64,000 bases of DNA from an uncultured Spirochaetota bacterium. GTDB lineage: Bacteria; Spirochaetota; Brevinematia; Brevinematales; JAOACQ01. This document shows positions 46,737 to 56,600 of this stretch, piece by piece; position 1 is the first letter of the stretch; each line of letters opens with the position of its first letter. Made by a program: the position numbers and the translations under genes. The notes below the pieces were generated by a model. That model searched no databases. It was not told the DNA's origin and saw nothing but the letters and a program-made list of their open reading frames with translations. Where the stretch lies: the NCBI GenBank assembly GCA_963768055.1, contig CAVYGN010000002.1:1376001-1440000 (forward strand), in the 5' to 3' direction.

Positions 46737-48755
46737 ATGCCCGAACAGAGAAGGCTCGATCCTGAAACAATTCTGAAAAGAATGAAAATGGAAGAAGCCG
46801 ACGAGAGCGATAATAGCGGAATATTAAAAATTTATCTGGGGTATTCGGCGGGAGTCGGCAAGACTTACAGGATGCTGTTAAACGCCCAGAATTTGAAAAA
46901 AAACGGCGTCGATGCAGTCGTGGGAATAGCGGAAACCCATGGCAGGGTCGATACGGACGCGCTTTTAAACGGACTCGAAATAGTGCCGAGGAAAAAAGTT
47001 GTGTACCAGGGCATAACCGTTGACGAATTCGATATAGACGCAGTTTTAAAAAGAAGGCCCGGGCTTGTCCTGGTCGATGAACTCGCCCACACCAACATTC
47101 CAGGCTCCAGGCATAACAAAAGGTACGAAGATATCGAAGAGCTCATAAATAACGGGATCAATGTGGCGACAACGCTTAATGTCCAGCACCTGGAGAGCAT
47201 AAACGATATAATCGAACAAATGACCGGTGTGAATGTTAAAGAAACGGTCCCCGACAACTTTTTCGACAAGGCTGATGAAATAGAACTCGTGGATATCCCG
47301 ATAGAAGAGCTTGAAACAAGGCTAAAGGAGGGGAAGGTTTATATACCGGAAAAGGCCAGGATCGCTATGCTGGAATTCTTCAAGAGAAGCAACCTCATGG
47401 GCCTCAGGGAATTGTCGCTGCGTTATACGGCACGGCAGGTCAGCGATGAATTGCTCGATTATATGAGGCAGAACGCCATTAAAAGCCCGATTCCCGTAGG
47501 GTCCAGGATACTTGTCGCGATAAGCCCGAGCCTGTCGTCTCAGAAGCTTATAAGGATCGGCCACAGGATGTCGGAGGACCTGGATGCGGAATGGTTCACT
47601 GTGCATGTAGAATCGGTTCAATTCGGGAATCTGGAAGAGCTGCAGCGGACTCAAGTTTCTAAAAATTTAAAACTGGCGGAAGACCTCGGCGCGAAAACCG
47701 TAACTCTGATCGCGGACAGGGTAGCAGATGAACTGGCCTCCTTTGCCAAGGAAAACCATATAACCCTGATACTTATCGGGTTTTCTTCAAGGTCCCGGTT
47801 TGATAATTTTATCCGGGGTTCTGTAGTCGACGAACTTATCAGGAAAGCGAGGCCTGTTCAGGTAATGCTTGTGGATACGTCGCCCGAACCGCGCCGGAAG
47901 GTTAAAAAAACCGAGGGTGTTAAAGTACTTGAATGGACTAAATATCTGGCTTCGGCGTCAGTCATTATAGCATTTACCCTGCTCTCATATCTATTTTTCA
48001 AAATACTTGGTTTTACAAATATCATAATGATAATGCTCATTCCCGTTCTCCTGGTCAGCTATTTCGGCGGCAGGAGCCAGGGAATCTGGGCTTCCCTTCT
48101 TGCGGTAATAGCCTTGGATTTTTTCTTCGTAAAACCCTATTACAGCTTTGCAATCAGCGATATTTTGTATTTGCCTATTTTTATCATATTCTTTGTAGTC
48201 GGCGTTACGACAAGCGTCCTTTCCGACCTTGTAAGATGGCGGATCGACCGCTACAGGAGGCAGGAAAAATTCCTTAACACGATTTACAACTTCAGCAAGG
48301 AACTGCTGACCCATAATTTCCTTAACGAAATACTGGGTTCGATAACAAACAATTTCGGAGATTTTTTTAAATGCGATGTTATGGCGCTCCTTCCGGGAAA
48401 GGAGGATACTGTTAAAATAATGGCGAGCACGGAAAGGAGCATGAAATTCGGGGAGAACGAGATAGGAATCTCTCAATGGGTTTATAAAAACGGCAAGACG
48501 GCCGGGAAGGGGACCGATACGCTTTCTTCATCCCCGTGGTATTACATCCCCATGTCGGCAAATAATTCGGTAATCGGTGTCATTGCGGTTTACAAGCGGG
48601 GCGGGGGGGGCGATTCATTCACAAAGGAAGAAATCGCTTACCTGGATTCCTTTGCCAATATAGCGGCCATGTCGGTTTCGAGGGCGCTGTCTATGAGTTC
48701 CTACATGGATTACGTGATCAAGAGCCTGGAAACGACGAAAACCGAAGGGGAATAA
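46737..48755 (+). CDS. kdpD: KdpD sensor lacking the histidine kinase transmitter (KdpD-N + USP + 4TM + GAF only)
   Basis: GVGKTY, VDELAHTN, NVQHLES, USP-like domain, TM block, GAF; ends without H box or ATPase motifs. Confidence 0.9.
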   Translation: MPEQRRLDPETILKRMKMEEADESDNSGILKIYLGYSAGVGKTYRMLLNAQNLKKNGVDAVVGIAETHGRVDTDALLNGLEIVPRKKVVYQGITVDEFDIDAVLKRRPGLVLVDELAHTNIPGSRHNKRYEDIEELINNGINVATTLNVQHLESINDIIEQMTGVNVKETVPDNFFDKADEIELVDIPIEELETRLKEGKVYIPEKARIAMLEFFKRSNLMGLRELSLRYTARQVSDELLDYMRQNAIKSPIPVGSRILVAISPSLSSQKLIRIGHRMSEDLDAEWFTVHVESVQFGNLEELQRTQVSKNLKLAEDLGAKTVTLIADRVADELASFAKENHITLILIGFSSRSRFDNFIRGSVVDELIRKARPVQVMLVDTSPEPRRKVKKTEGVKVLEWTKYLASASVIIAFTLLSYLFFKILGFTNIIMIMLIPVLLVSYFGGRSQGIWASLLAVIALDFFFVKPYYSFAISDILYLPIFIIFFVVGVTTSVLSDLVRWRIDRYRRQEKFLNTIYNFSKELLTHNFLNEILGSITNNFGDFFKCDVMALLPGKEDTVKIMASTERSMKFGENEIGISQWVYKNGKTAGKGTDTLSSSPWYYIPMSANNSVIGVIAVYKRGGGGDSFTKEEIAYLDSFANIAAMSVSRALSMSSYMDYVIKSLETTKTEGE

Positions 48756-48793
48756 GAGACTCGCCTACTTAGGAAGATTTCTCTCCGCTCCTT

Positions 48794-49621
48794 TTAGGGG
48801 CGGGATAAACATTTCATTCGAAATGACACGTATAGTTTATAAAGCTTCACCCATCCGGGCGGATCTATGTCCTGGGGCCTTAAAGAAGGATCAAGGCCCA
48901 GGGCTTCTATTCCGGCAATCGAGAATCCCATCAGTTTTAAATTGTTGTACAGGGTTTTCCTTCGGGCCAGGAATCCCTTTCTCAAAAACTTGTTGAAATC
49001 GTCCTGGGGTATTTTGAATCCCTTTTTTTCCATCCGGATTACTATGGAATCCACTGAAGGTTCGGGATAAAAGCTTTTTCTGACGACAGTGAAAAGTTTT
49101 TTAATATCGAGATAAAGGCAGCATAAGATTGCAAAAGGGCCGTACGAGGCTGAGGAAACGTCCGCGGCCATCCTCCGGACCATTTCATCCTGCAGCATGC
49201 AGAGGCCCTGAGAGAATTTTACGCTGCCGACGAATTTCCTGACAATCTCCCCTGCTATTGAATACGGGGTGTTGGAAACGAAAAAAAGCCTGTTCTCTTT
49301 TATCGCTCCAAGGTCGTATTTCAGAAAATCGCCGTTGATTAGAACGAGGTTATCGTTGGAAAGATATGCTTTTAAAAGATCGTATATACCGCCGTCCAAT
49401 TCTATCGAATAGGTTTTGAATTGCCTGACCATCAAATGGGTAAGGGCTCCGAGCCCGCTCCCCGCCTCAAGGACAACCGAATTATCCGGAATATGAGAAA
49501 TTAATTTCTCGGCTATATTTTTATCTGTGAGGTAATTCTGCCCTCTCCTGCTTGAAAGCCATAAGTTATTATGCCGTAAGGCAGACCTTAAAAACTGGAC
49601 TGAAAACGGATTGTATGTCAT
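48794..49621 (-). CDS. rsmA: 16S rRNA dimethyltransferase
   Basis: GQNYL, EAGSGLGALT, IELD, SNTPYSI, F.P.PSVDS. Confidence 0.9.
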   Translation of the reverse strand: MTYNPFSVQFLRSALRHNNLWLSSRRGQNYLTDKNIAEKLISHIPDNSVVLEAGSGLGALTHLMVRQFKTYSIELDGGIYDLLKAYLSNDNLVLINGDFLKYDLGAIKENRLFFVSNTPYSIAGEIVRKFVGSVKFSQGLCMLQDEMVRRMAADVSSASYGPFAILCCLYLDIKKLFTVVRKSFYPEPSVDSIVIRMEKKGFKIPQDDFNKFLRKGFLARRKTLYNNLKLMGFSIAGIEALGLDPSLRPQDIDPPGWVKLYKLYVSFRMKCLSRP

Positions 49622-49685
49622 AGTAAAGTATAAGTCAAATTGCTTAAAGTTTAAAGCAATATGATAAAAACACCCGGAGAATCAA

Positions 49686-50063
49686 TTGAATATAGAGATT
49701 GATAGTGTAAAAATAGGTAAAAGGGTCAGAAAAGATATCGGGGATTTGACAAATCTTAAAGCCAGCATACAAAAATACGGTCTGATAAACCCTATAGTGG
49801 TTTCCCCTCTTTATGAACTGATCAGCGGTTTCAGGAGGATCACAGCGGCTAAGGAACTGGGATGGAAGTATATTGAAGCGAGGGTGATGGAACCTGGCGG
49901 CGGGCTTGATTTTCTTGAGATGGAAATGCATGAAAATATAGTCAGGAAGGATTTCACGGTTGATGAACTTCGAGAAGGACTTGCTAAAAAAAAGAAACTA
50001 TTGAACCCGAATATATTCAAGAGGATCTGGGATTTTATTAAAAGGCTGATTGGTTTAAGGTAA
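49686..50063 (+). CDS. Stand-alone ParB N-terminal domain protein
   Basis: L..SI.KYGLINPIVV, LISGFRR, E..EN..RKDFT; no HTH; TTG start. Confidence 0.8.
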   Translation: MNIEIDSVKIGKRVRKDIGDLTNLKASIQKYGLINPIVVSPLYELISGFRRITAAKELGWKYIEARVMEPGGGLDFLEMEMHENIVRKDFTVDELREGLAKKKKLLNPNIFKRIWDFIKRLIGLR

Positions 50064-50095
50064 CTTGATTAATCGCCGTATGGAGTCAGTTCAGG

Positions 50096-52054
50096 ATGTC
50101 ATTTAGCAAAGCCTTTGTCATTCCAGGGTTGTTTTTTATCCTGTTCTTCGTGTCATGCGATGAATTCCTGCTTAAAAAAACTGTTTCGGTAAGTTTTCTG
50201 GAAGGGGATATAAAGTTTGATCCCTCAAATGTAGCCATGACAGGAGACCTTGTTTATACAATTGAAAACAAGCAAAATAAAACTCTCCAGGAAATATACT
50301 TTATTTCACATTCTAACGTTCTTGTCGATTCAATCAAATATAACGGAGAACTTACAAGCTTCGAGATAGGTATTGGATACGGGAGCGGTATATACAGGAT
50401 AAAGGTTCCATCCCTTCCGAAAGGCTCAACGGCTAAAATCGGAATTAAATTTCATGTAAACGGCCCGATAGAGGAAGACCGTTTCCTGCTTAATGAAGAA
50501 ACTGTCTTTATGGATGCTAAAAAGATATGGCTTCCCGTTCCTTTTGCCGATTCCCCTAATTTTCTTTATTCGATAAAAATTACCGTCCCTGAAAATTACT
50601 TTTCTGTGCTCGGGGGAAAACTAACTGAAGAAACGGTAAAAAATGAAGAAAAAACATCGGTCTGGGTAAGCGAAAGTACCGATGTACTTCATACGGGAAA
50701 TCTTTTCATAGGATTGTTCGACAGGGATCAAAAAGGGAATACGATCATTTATTCGTCCGATACGAACAATGATTCCCTGCTTTTTGATTATACTGAAAAA
50801 ACGATAGATATTCTCACAAACAAGCTTGGAAATTACCCATATACCCAGATTCATCTAGTCAACCAGCTTTATCAATATAGGGATATCGAAGGAATAGACG
50901 GCGAAAATATGGCAAATACCATACAGATTTCTCCGGAATTGTCCCTTACAAATCTAATGGATGTTCAGACCCTATTGTCGTCTTCTATTCCTTATGTACC
51001 GAGGAAGAGTTACCCAAGACTCTTAGAGGTGCTTGCCCATGAACTATGCCATGCCTATATTCCCCATATACTTAAATTCAATGAGAAAGACTATATTGAA
51101 TCCGAATCGGTAACCGAATACATGGCCCTTGCAGTCATAGCGTCATATTATCCTGATATTTATGCGAAGATGATAAAGAGAAACAGGATCGACCTTGTCA
51201 ATCTTGAACTTGCAGGTCAATCCGGGCAAACTCTTTATAAATATATTTACGGTGTTAATCTTCTCCATGCAGTTTTCGGGGACAATAGGGAAGAGTTTTT
51301 TAATTTTGTAAACACGCTGATCCAGAAATATGCATATACCGAGATCGGAATGGATGAACTACTCCAGACGGCAAAGGAAATTCAGGATGGTGAAAATTCA
51401 AACTTTATCGACAGTGATGCCCTCCAATTATGGCCTTCCTACAAACTTTATAATTACGGGCTGACAAGCACAAATATCATGATAACAAATATTACGAAGA
51501 AGGGTTTTTATCTCGAAATGAAGAGACAGATTACAATTACTCATGATTTTCCTGTACCTTTCGAGGTATCTGTTATATCGATTTTTCCTAAAAAGGTCAT
51601 AACGAACATTCTCAAGTTGGATAAAAATTCATCTACAAACCTTATAATGGGCGGTAATGTGATCTCGGTAGAGGCGGTTTCGAAGAGAGATTCGTTTGAA
51701 AACGATCGTTCCGATAACCGAATCGACTTTGATACGAATAGCAGCGGGATAATGATTCTTGAAGCCGTTAACAATTATTACAATGGTCAGAAATTGACAA
51801 ATAAGTATGTTAAAATAAATAACGACATCGATCCTGAGAACAATTTTATCTCCCTTATTCAGGATAAAGACAAGAGTCATGCAAAGAACACGGATGTAAG
51901 GTTCCAGTTCGACTCCCTAAACGAGAATAATGATCAATTGTATATACAGGCATATAAATTGTTAGGCGGTAAACCTTATTCATATGCGCTGATCCAGGTG
52001 AAAAAGGACGGGAAGAACTACATCGTTACGGGTATTATGGACCCATTATTATAA
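50096..52054 (+). CDS. Lipoprotein, putative M1/gluzincin-type metallopeptidase
   Basis: FVSC lipobox; AHELCH (HExxH) with downstream Glu in ESVTEY. Confidence 0.65.
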   Translation: MSFSKAFVIPGLFFILFFVSCDEFLLKKTVSVSFLEGDIKFDPSNVAMTGDLVYTIENKQNKTLQEIYFISHSNVLVDSIKYNGELTSFEIGIGYGSGIYRIKVPSLPKGSTAKIGIKFHVNGPIEEDRFLLNEETVFMDAKKIWLPVPFADSPNFLYSIKITVPENYFSVLGGKLTEETVKNEEKTSVWVSESTDVLHTGNLFIGLFDRDQKGNTIIYSSDTNNDSLLFDYTEKTIDILTNKLGNYPYTQIHLVNQLYQYRDIEGIDGENMANTIQISPELSLTNLMDVQTLLSSSIPYVPRKSYPRLLEVLAHELCHAYIPHILKFNEKDYIESESVTEYMALAVIASYYPDIYAKMIKRNRIDLVNLELAGQSGQTLYKYIYGVNLLHAVFGDNREEFFNFVNTLIQKYAYTEIGMDELLQTAKEIQDGENSNFIDSDALQLWPSYKLYNYGLTSTNIMITNITKKGFYLEMKRQITITHDFPVPFEVSVISIFPKKVITNILKLDKNSSTNLIMGGNVISVEAVSKRDSFENDRSDNRIDFDTNSSGIMILEAVNNYYNGQKLTNKYVKINNDIDPENNFISLIQDKDKSHAKNTDVRFQFDSLNENNDQLYIQAYKLLGGKPYSYALIQVKKDGKNYIVTGIMDPLL

Positions 52055-52065
52055 TCGGAGGAATA

Positions 52066-53631
52066 ATGTCAGTTAGTTTTAATGATATGGGGCTTTCCCC
52101 AAAAATTTTAAAGGCGATCGGGGAAATGGAGTTCATAGAACCTTCCCCTATCCAGGCACTTGCAATTCCGGCAATGATGTCCGGAGATGATATTGTCGGA
52201 CAGGCGCAAACAGGAACCGGAAAAACAGCGGCTTTCGGCATTCCGATAATTGAGAAAATGAATTATCACTCCAAGCATATACAGGCACTGGTGCTTACCC
52301 CAACACGGGAACTTGCAATTCAGGTTTCCGAGGAGATCAATAAAATTGCAAGGTTCCACAAAGGTTTCACCATCGTTCCCATATACGGGGGCCAGTCTAT
52401 CGACAGGCAGATAAGGACTCTCCGGCAGGGGGTTCAAGTTGTTGTCGGTACTCCCGGGAGAATTCTAGACCACTTAAGGCGGGGCACTATCCACTTCGGC
52501 AAGGTCTCTATCGTTGTACTCGACGAGGCGGATGAAATGCTGGATATGGGTTTTCTTGACGACGTCAGGGAAATACTCTCGAATCTTGAGAATCCTGAAA
52601 AACAGACTGTGATGTTTTCGGCGACTATGCCTGGCGAAATTTTAAATATAGCTAAAACATTCCAGAATAAACCGAACTTTATTAAGATTGTACATAAGGA
52701 ACTTACCGTCCCGCTTGTCAAACAGTTCTATTTCGAAGTGAGGGAAAGCGATAAACCGGCCCTTCTTATACGGCTCATCGATTTTTACAACCCGAAATTA
52801 TCAATTGTTTTTGTTAAAACAAAAGTCGGCGTCGAGGAACTAAAAGAAAAGATCCATGCTGCGGGATATTCCGTAGAGGGTCTTCATGGCGATATGAAAC
52901 AGACCCAGCGTGACTATGTGATGAAGAGGTTCAGGAATAACGACTTCGATATTCTGATAGCGACGGATGTTGCGGCAAGGGGTATCGACGTTTATGATAT
53001 TACTATAGTCTTTAATTACGATCTGCCCCAGGACGAGGAATATTACGTTCACAGGATAGGAAGAACGGCCCGTGCCGGGAAAGACGGCATGGCGATATCG
53101 TTTGTTACAGGCAGGGAAATCAGAAAACTGAAAGAGATTGAAAATTTTATTAAATTAAGGATAGAAAGGAGAAACATACCGACTTTAAAAGACGTCGAAA
53201 GCAGCAGGAAAGACGCATTCCTTACAACAGTGAAGGAAACAATTGAAACCGGCGAACTGGATAAATATATCAATATAATATCCGAGGATCTTTACGAGTT
53301 CTCATCGGTCGAGGTAGCGGCCGCTTTAATGAGCATGATGCTTGAAAAGAAAGGCGGCGATGGGGATAGCCTTGCCGGTACTTCAAGCGATGATACTGTC
53401 CGTTTTTTTATTACTCTTGGCAGAAAGGATGATATAGGAATTAAAGACCTGATCGATTGGATCAGGGAGCGTTCTGGATTACGAGGGCAGGATTTGATGG
53501 ATATAGCACTGATGGAAAAATTTTCCTTTGTCAGCGTTCCTTCGTCCAATTCATCCCATTTCCTTGAGTCGGTTAACGGGGCTTCTTTTAAAGGAAGAAA
53601 GATCCATGTTGAATTGGCGACAAAAAGATGA
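52066..53631 (+). CDS. deaD: DEAD-box RNA helicase with DbpA-type RNA-binding domain
   Basis: AQTGTGKT, PTRELA, TPGR, DEAD, SAT, ARGID, HRIGRTAR. Confidence 0.92.
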   Translation: MSVSFNDMGLSPKILKAIGEMEFIEPSPIQALAIPAMMSGDDIVGQAQTGTGKTAAFGIPIIEKMNYHSKHIQALVLTPTRELAIQVSEEINKIARFHKGFTIVPIYGGQSIDRQIRTLRQGVQVVVGTPGRILDHLRRGTIHFGKVSIVVLDEADEMLDMGFLDDVREILSNLENPEKQTVMFSATMPGEILNIAKTFQNKPNFIKIVHKELTVPLVKQFYFEVRESDKPALLIRLIDFYNPKLSIVFVKTKVGVEELKEKIHAAGYSVEGLHGDMKQTQRDYVMKRFRNNDFDILIATDVAARGIDVYDITIVFNYDLPQDEEYYVHRIGRTARAGKDGMAISFVTGREIRKLKEIENFIKLRIERRNIPTLKDVESSRKDAFLTTVKETIETGELDKYINIISEDLYEFSSVEVAAALMSMMLEKKGGDGDSLAGTSSDDTVRFFITLGRKDDIGIKDLIDWIRERSGLRGQDLMDIALMEKFSFVSVPSSNSSHFLESVNGASFKGRKIHVELATKR

Positions 53632-53643
53632 TAGTATTATTAT

Positions 53644-54093
53644 ATGGCAAAAATAGAAGTCAGGGTTGAAGCTGTCATTTATTCCCAGGCACAAGAAATA
53701 CTTTTGGTCAAGCATAGAAAACATGGCCAGTCCTACTGGGTTCTCCCGGGAGGTCATCTTGAACAGGAGGAAACTCTTTCGGAATGCATCGAGAGGGAAC
53801 TGCTGGAGGAGCTTTATATTGAGAACCCCAGGGCGAAAGAGCTCGTTTTTGTTGATGAATTTATTGACCGGGAAAACCCCAGGCATGTGGTAAAAATAGG
53901 GTTTCTTGTTGAAATTATTCCAGGGAAAGAGAATAAGATAAACGTGAGAGCTTCTGAGGAAGCGGTTGTGGATGCCCGTTTTTATAGCATTGATAATATA
54001 AAAAACTCGAAGGAAGAATTCTATCCTTCCAGCGAATTTTTCCTGGAGCTACTGGAATTTAAATACCGGGAACAATCAATGGACGATAATTAA
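53644..54093 (+). CDS. NUDIX hydrolase
   Basis: LPGGHLEQEETLSECIERELLEEL Nudix box. Confidence 0.85.
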   Translation: MAKIEVRVEAVIYSQAQEILLVKHRKHGQSYWVLPGGHLEQEETLSECIERELLEELYIENPRAKELVFVDEFIDRENPRHVVKIGFLVEIIPGKENKINVRASEEAVVDARFYSIDNIKNSKEEFYPSSEFFLELLEFKYREQSMDDN

Positions 54094-55211
54094 TGAAATC
54101 TATTCCTTTCCTGGAAACTCTCAATGAATGGGCTTCTTTTGATTTTAAAGGATATCTTGGAAGTATAAGTGAAAATGACATCGAAAAAAGCCTGTTTAAA
54201 CAAAATCTTTCAAATTTGGATTTTTTAAACCTCCTGTCAGAAGCAGCCTCCCCTTATCTTGAAAAAATGGCGCAAAAATCATCAAGTCTGACGATTAAAA
54301 ATTTCGGTAAGGCCATTGCGCTTTATATTCCTCTTTATATCTCGAATTATTGTGTGAATGAATGCTCCTATTGCGGATTTAATAAATCGAACAGGATCTC
54401 CCGTTCTAAACTTTCAATGGAAGAAATTGAAAAAAATGCCAGGGAAATATTCAGGACCGGCCTTAAGCATATACTTGTACTGACGGGAGAGTCAAGGGAT
54501 GAGACGCCGGTAAACTATCTGGAAGAAGCTGTGCGTTTGTTAAAAAAAATCTTCTCATCGGTTTCAATTGAAGTATTTCCGATGGACGTTCCGGATTATA
54601 AAAAACTGGTGCAGGCGGGAGCCGACGGATTGACCATATATCAGGAGACATATAACAGGGCATTATACGGCAAAGTCCACCTGAGCGGTCCTAAGAAGAA
54701 TTTCGATTACAGGCTGGGGGCGCCTGAAAGGGGGGCAGCCGCCTTCTTCAGATCGGTAAGCATAGGACCCCTTTTCGGGCTCGGCGACCCTCTGGAGGAA
54801 GCGTTTTTTTGCGGCCTGCATGCCAGGCATCTTTTCACGAGCTTTCCCGGGGTCGAAGTGGGGATATCACTTCCCCGGTTAAACGAGGCGGAAGGGAAAT
54901 TTAAAGCGATCTATCCCCTTTCCGATAAAAATTTCGTACAGTATCTCGCCGCTTTGAGGCTTTTCCTGCCCAGGGCCGGTATAGCTCTTTCAACAAGGGA
55001 AAGGGCCGCATTCAGGGACAACCTTATAGGTCTGGGAATAACAAAGATGTCGGGTGGCTCAAGCACGAGCGTCGGGGGTTATTGCGGCAAGCCCGATACT
55101 CCCCAGTTCGAAGTGTCCGATCACAGGAGCGTGGCCGAAATCGCTCATGTCATTATGGAAAAGGGTTATGACCCGGTTTATAAGGATTGGGACAATTTTA
55201 ATTTAAATTAG
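54093..55211 (+). CDS. thiH: 2-iminoacetate synthase (radical SAM tyrosine lyase)
   Basis: PLYISNYCVNECSYCGF, YQETY, STRE, QFE.SD.RS; 372 aa with no HydG C-terminal extension. Confidence 0.9.
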   Translation: MKSIPFLETLNEWASFDFKGYLGSISENDIEKSLFKQNLSNLDFLNLLSEAASPYLEKMAQKSSSLTIKNFGKAIALYIPLYISNYCVNECSYCGFNKSNRISRSKLSMEEIEKNAREIFRTGLKHILVLTGESRDETPVNYLEEAVRLLKKIFSSVSIEVFPMDVPDYKKLVQAGADGLTIYQETYNRALYGKVHLSGPKKNFDYRLGAPERGAAAFFRSVSIGPLFGLGDPLEEAFFCGLHARHLFTSFPGVEVGISLPRLNEAEGKFKAIYPLSDKNFVQYLAALRLFLPRAGIALSTRERAAFRDNLIGLGITKMSGGSSTSVGGYCGKPDTPQFEVSDHRSVAEIAHVIMEKGYDPVYKDWDNFNLN

Positions 55212-55221
55212 GCGCTTTTTC

Positions 55222-56409
55222 ATGAAAACAAAAAAAAATAAATTTTTCGACACAGATAAATTTGTATCAGTGTTATTCTCGTTGAGGCATATTGTTCTTC
55301 CGGTTATATCATTTCTCATACTCGGCATTATCCTGCTTTTAAGCTATTTATTTATTTCAAATGAAAGGGACGCAATTATCAAAAAAACGGAAGAGATGTG
55401 CATTTCTACAGCCAAGGGTCTGTCAAGCGCTGCAATCGAGGCAATCACCCAGGAAAGAACAGTCCTGATCAACGATTATATAAGCGACCTTAAAGGATTT
55501 GCAATTGACGGCCTCGACAAAACGTACGTGATTGAATATGAAAGAGTTAAAGGAAAAGACAGCCGGATCAATTATAAGGGAGTGATCATCGGAAGTCTTG
55601 ATTACAGGGATGTGGGCAAGCCTGTAACGGATAATGAAATAAAAAATTTTTTATCCGTCAAGGAATTAAAATTAAATGTTTTGAAAAGGAACGGCAGGAA
55701 CTATTACGTGTACTATTATCCGATCGTGTGGAAAGTTAAATCGTCATCCTACGTTCTTGGAATGATAATGATAGAGTTTCTGGAATCGAAGATCCTTAAA
55801 ACTTTTTACTCCGCTATGACTGTGACCCTATCGATCAGTATAACCGGTTTTCTTGTAACTCTCTTTCTAGTCGGTATGAATATGGTCCTGACGAGGAGAC
55901 TGGAAAACACCCTGGAAAAAGTAAGGCTTTTGTCTGTCACGGATGAATTAACTAAAATTTACAATCGGAAAAAATTTAACGAAGTCTTTAATGATGAAAT
56001 CGGAAAGTTCAAAAGGTATGGCAGGCCTTTATCCCTTATTATGTTCGATATAGATCATTTCAAAAAAATTAACGATACCTACGGTCATAATACCGGTGAT
56101 GTTATTCTTGCGAATGTCGTTTCCACGATTAAACCCATGATAAGAGAAACCGATCTTTTTGCGCGCTGGGGTGGTGAAGAGTTTATGATACTTACTCCGG
56201 ACACCGGAAAAAGCGGGGCATCGGAATTTGCAGAAAGGATCAGGATTAAAATATGCGGTAAAATTTTCGATAAAATCGGATCTCTGACCTGTAGTTTCGG
56301 GGTTTCTACTCTAACCGGAACGGAAACCGGCGATGATTTGTTGAGACGCGTTGATGGTGCTCTTTATGAAGCCAAAGATAACGGAAGGAACAGGGTGGTG
56401 ACAATTTAA
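55222..56409 (+). CDS. Membrane-bound diguanylate cyclase
   Basis: Two TM segments; DIDHFK.IND.YGH, RETD I-site, RWGGEEF. Confidence 0.92.
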   Translation: MKTKKNKFFDTDKFVSVLFSLRHIVLPVISFLILGIILLLSYLFISNERDAIIKKTEEMCISTAKGLSSAAIEAITQERTVLINDYISDLKGFAIDGLDKTYVIEYERVKGKDSRINYKGVIIGSLDYRDVGKPVTDNEIKNFLSVKELKLNVLKRNGRNYYVYYYPIVWKVKSSSYVLGMIMIEFLESKILKTFYSAMTVTLSISITGFLVTLFLVGMNMVLTRRLENTLEKVRLLSVTDELTKIYNRKKFNEVFNDEIGKFKRYGRPLSLIMFDIDHFKKINDTYGHNTGDVILANVVSTIKPMIRETDLFARWGGEEFMILTPDTGKSGASEFAERIRIKICGKIFDKIGSLTCSFGVSTLTGTETGDDLLRRVDGALYEAKDNGRNRVVTI

Positions 56410-56452
56410 GATATAAGGGATCCGAAGGGGACGTATCAATGATTATAATGAC

Positions 56453-56555
56453 TTGTCATTTCGAGGAGCGAAGCGTTTATCCCCGTAGGGGGACGAGAAA
56501 TCTTCCTCTTGGGAAGATTTTTCCCACAAGGTAAACCCTTCGGTCGAAATGACAA
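56453..56555. repeat. Cloverleaf palindromic REP-like element (family A, copy 2) between convergent DGC and recO
   Basis: Perfect 12-bp TTGTCATTTCGA/TCGAAATGACAA ends; GACGAGAAATCTTCC shared with 2883-2980. Confidence 0.8.
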
Positions 56556-56562
56556 ATCTATA

Positions 56563-56600
56563 TTCGCGAATCGTCATTCGAACTTCGAAATTCGTAATTC
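56563..56600. repeat. Degenerate 7-bp tandem repeat
   Basis: TTCGCGA ATCGTCA TTCGAAC TTCGAAA TTCGTAA TTC. Confidence 0.6.

Noticed and set aside
49686..50063. Plasmid/partition or defence locus suggested by a ParB domain
   Set aside because: No ParA, parS, HTH or associated methylase/nuclease; embedded among housekeeping genes.
54093..55211. HydG hydrogenase maturase
   Set aside because: Too short and lacks the C-terminal auxiliary cluster motif; fits ThiH.
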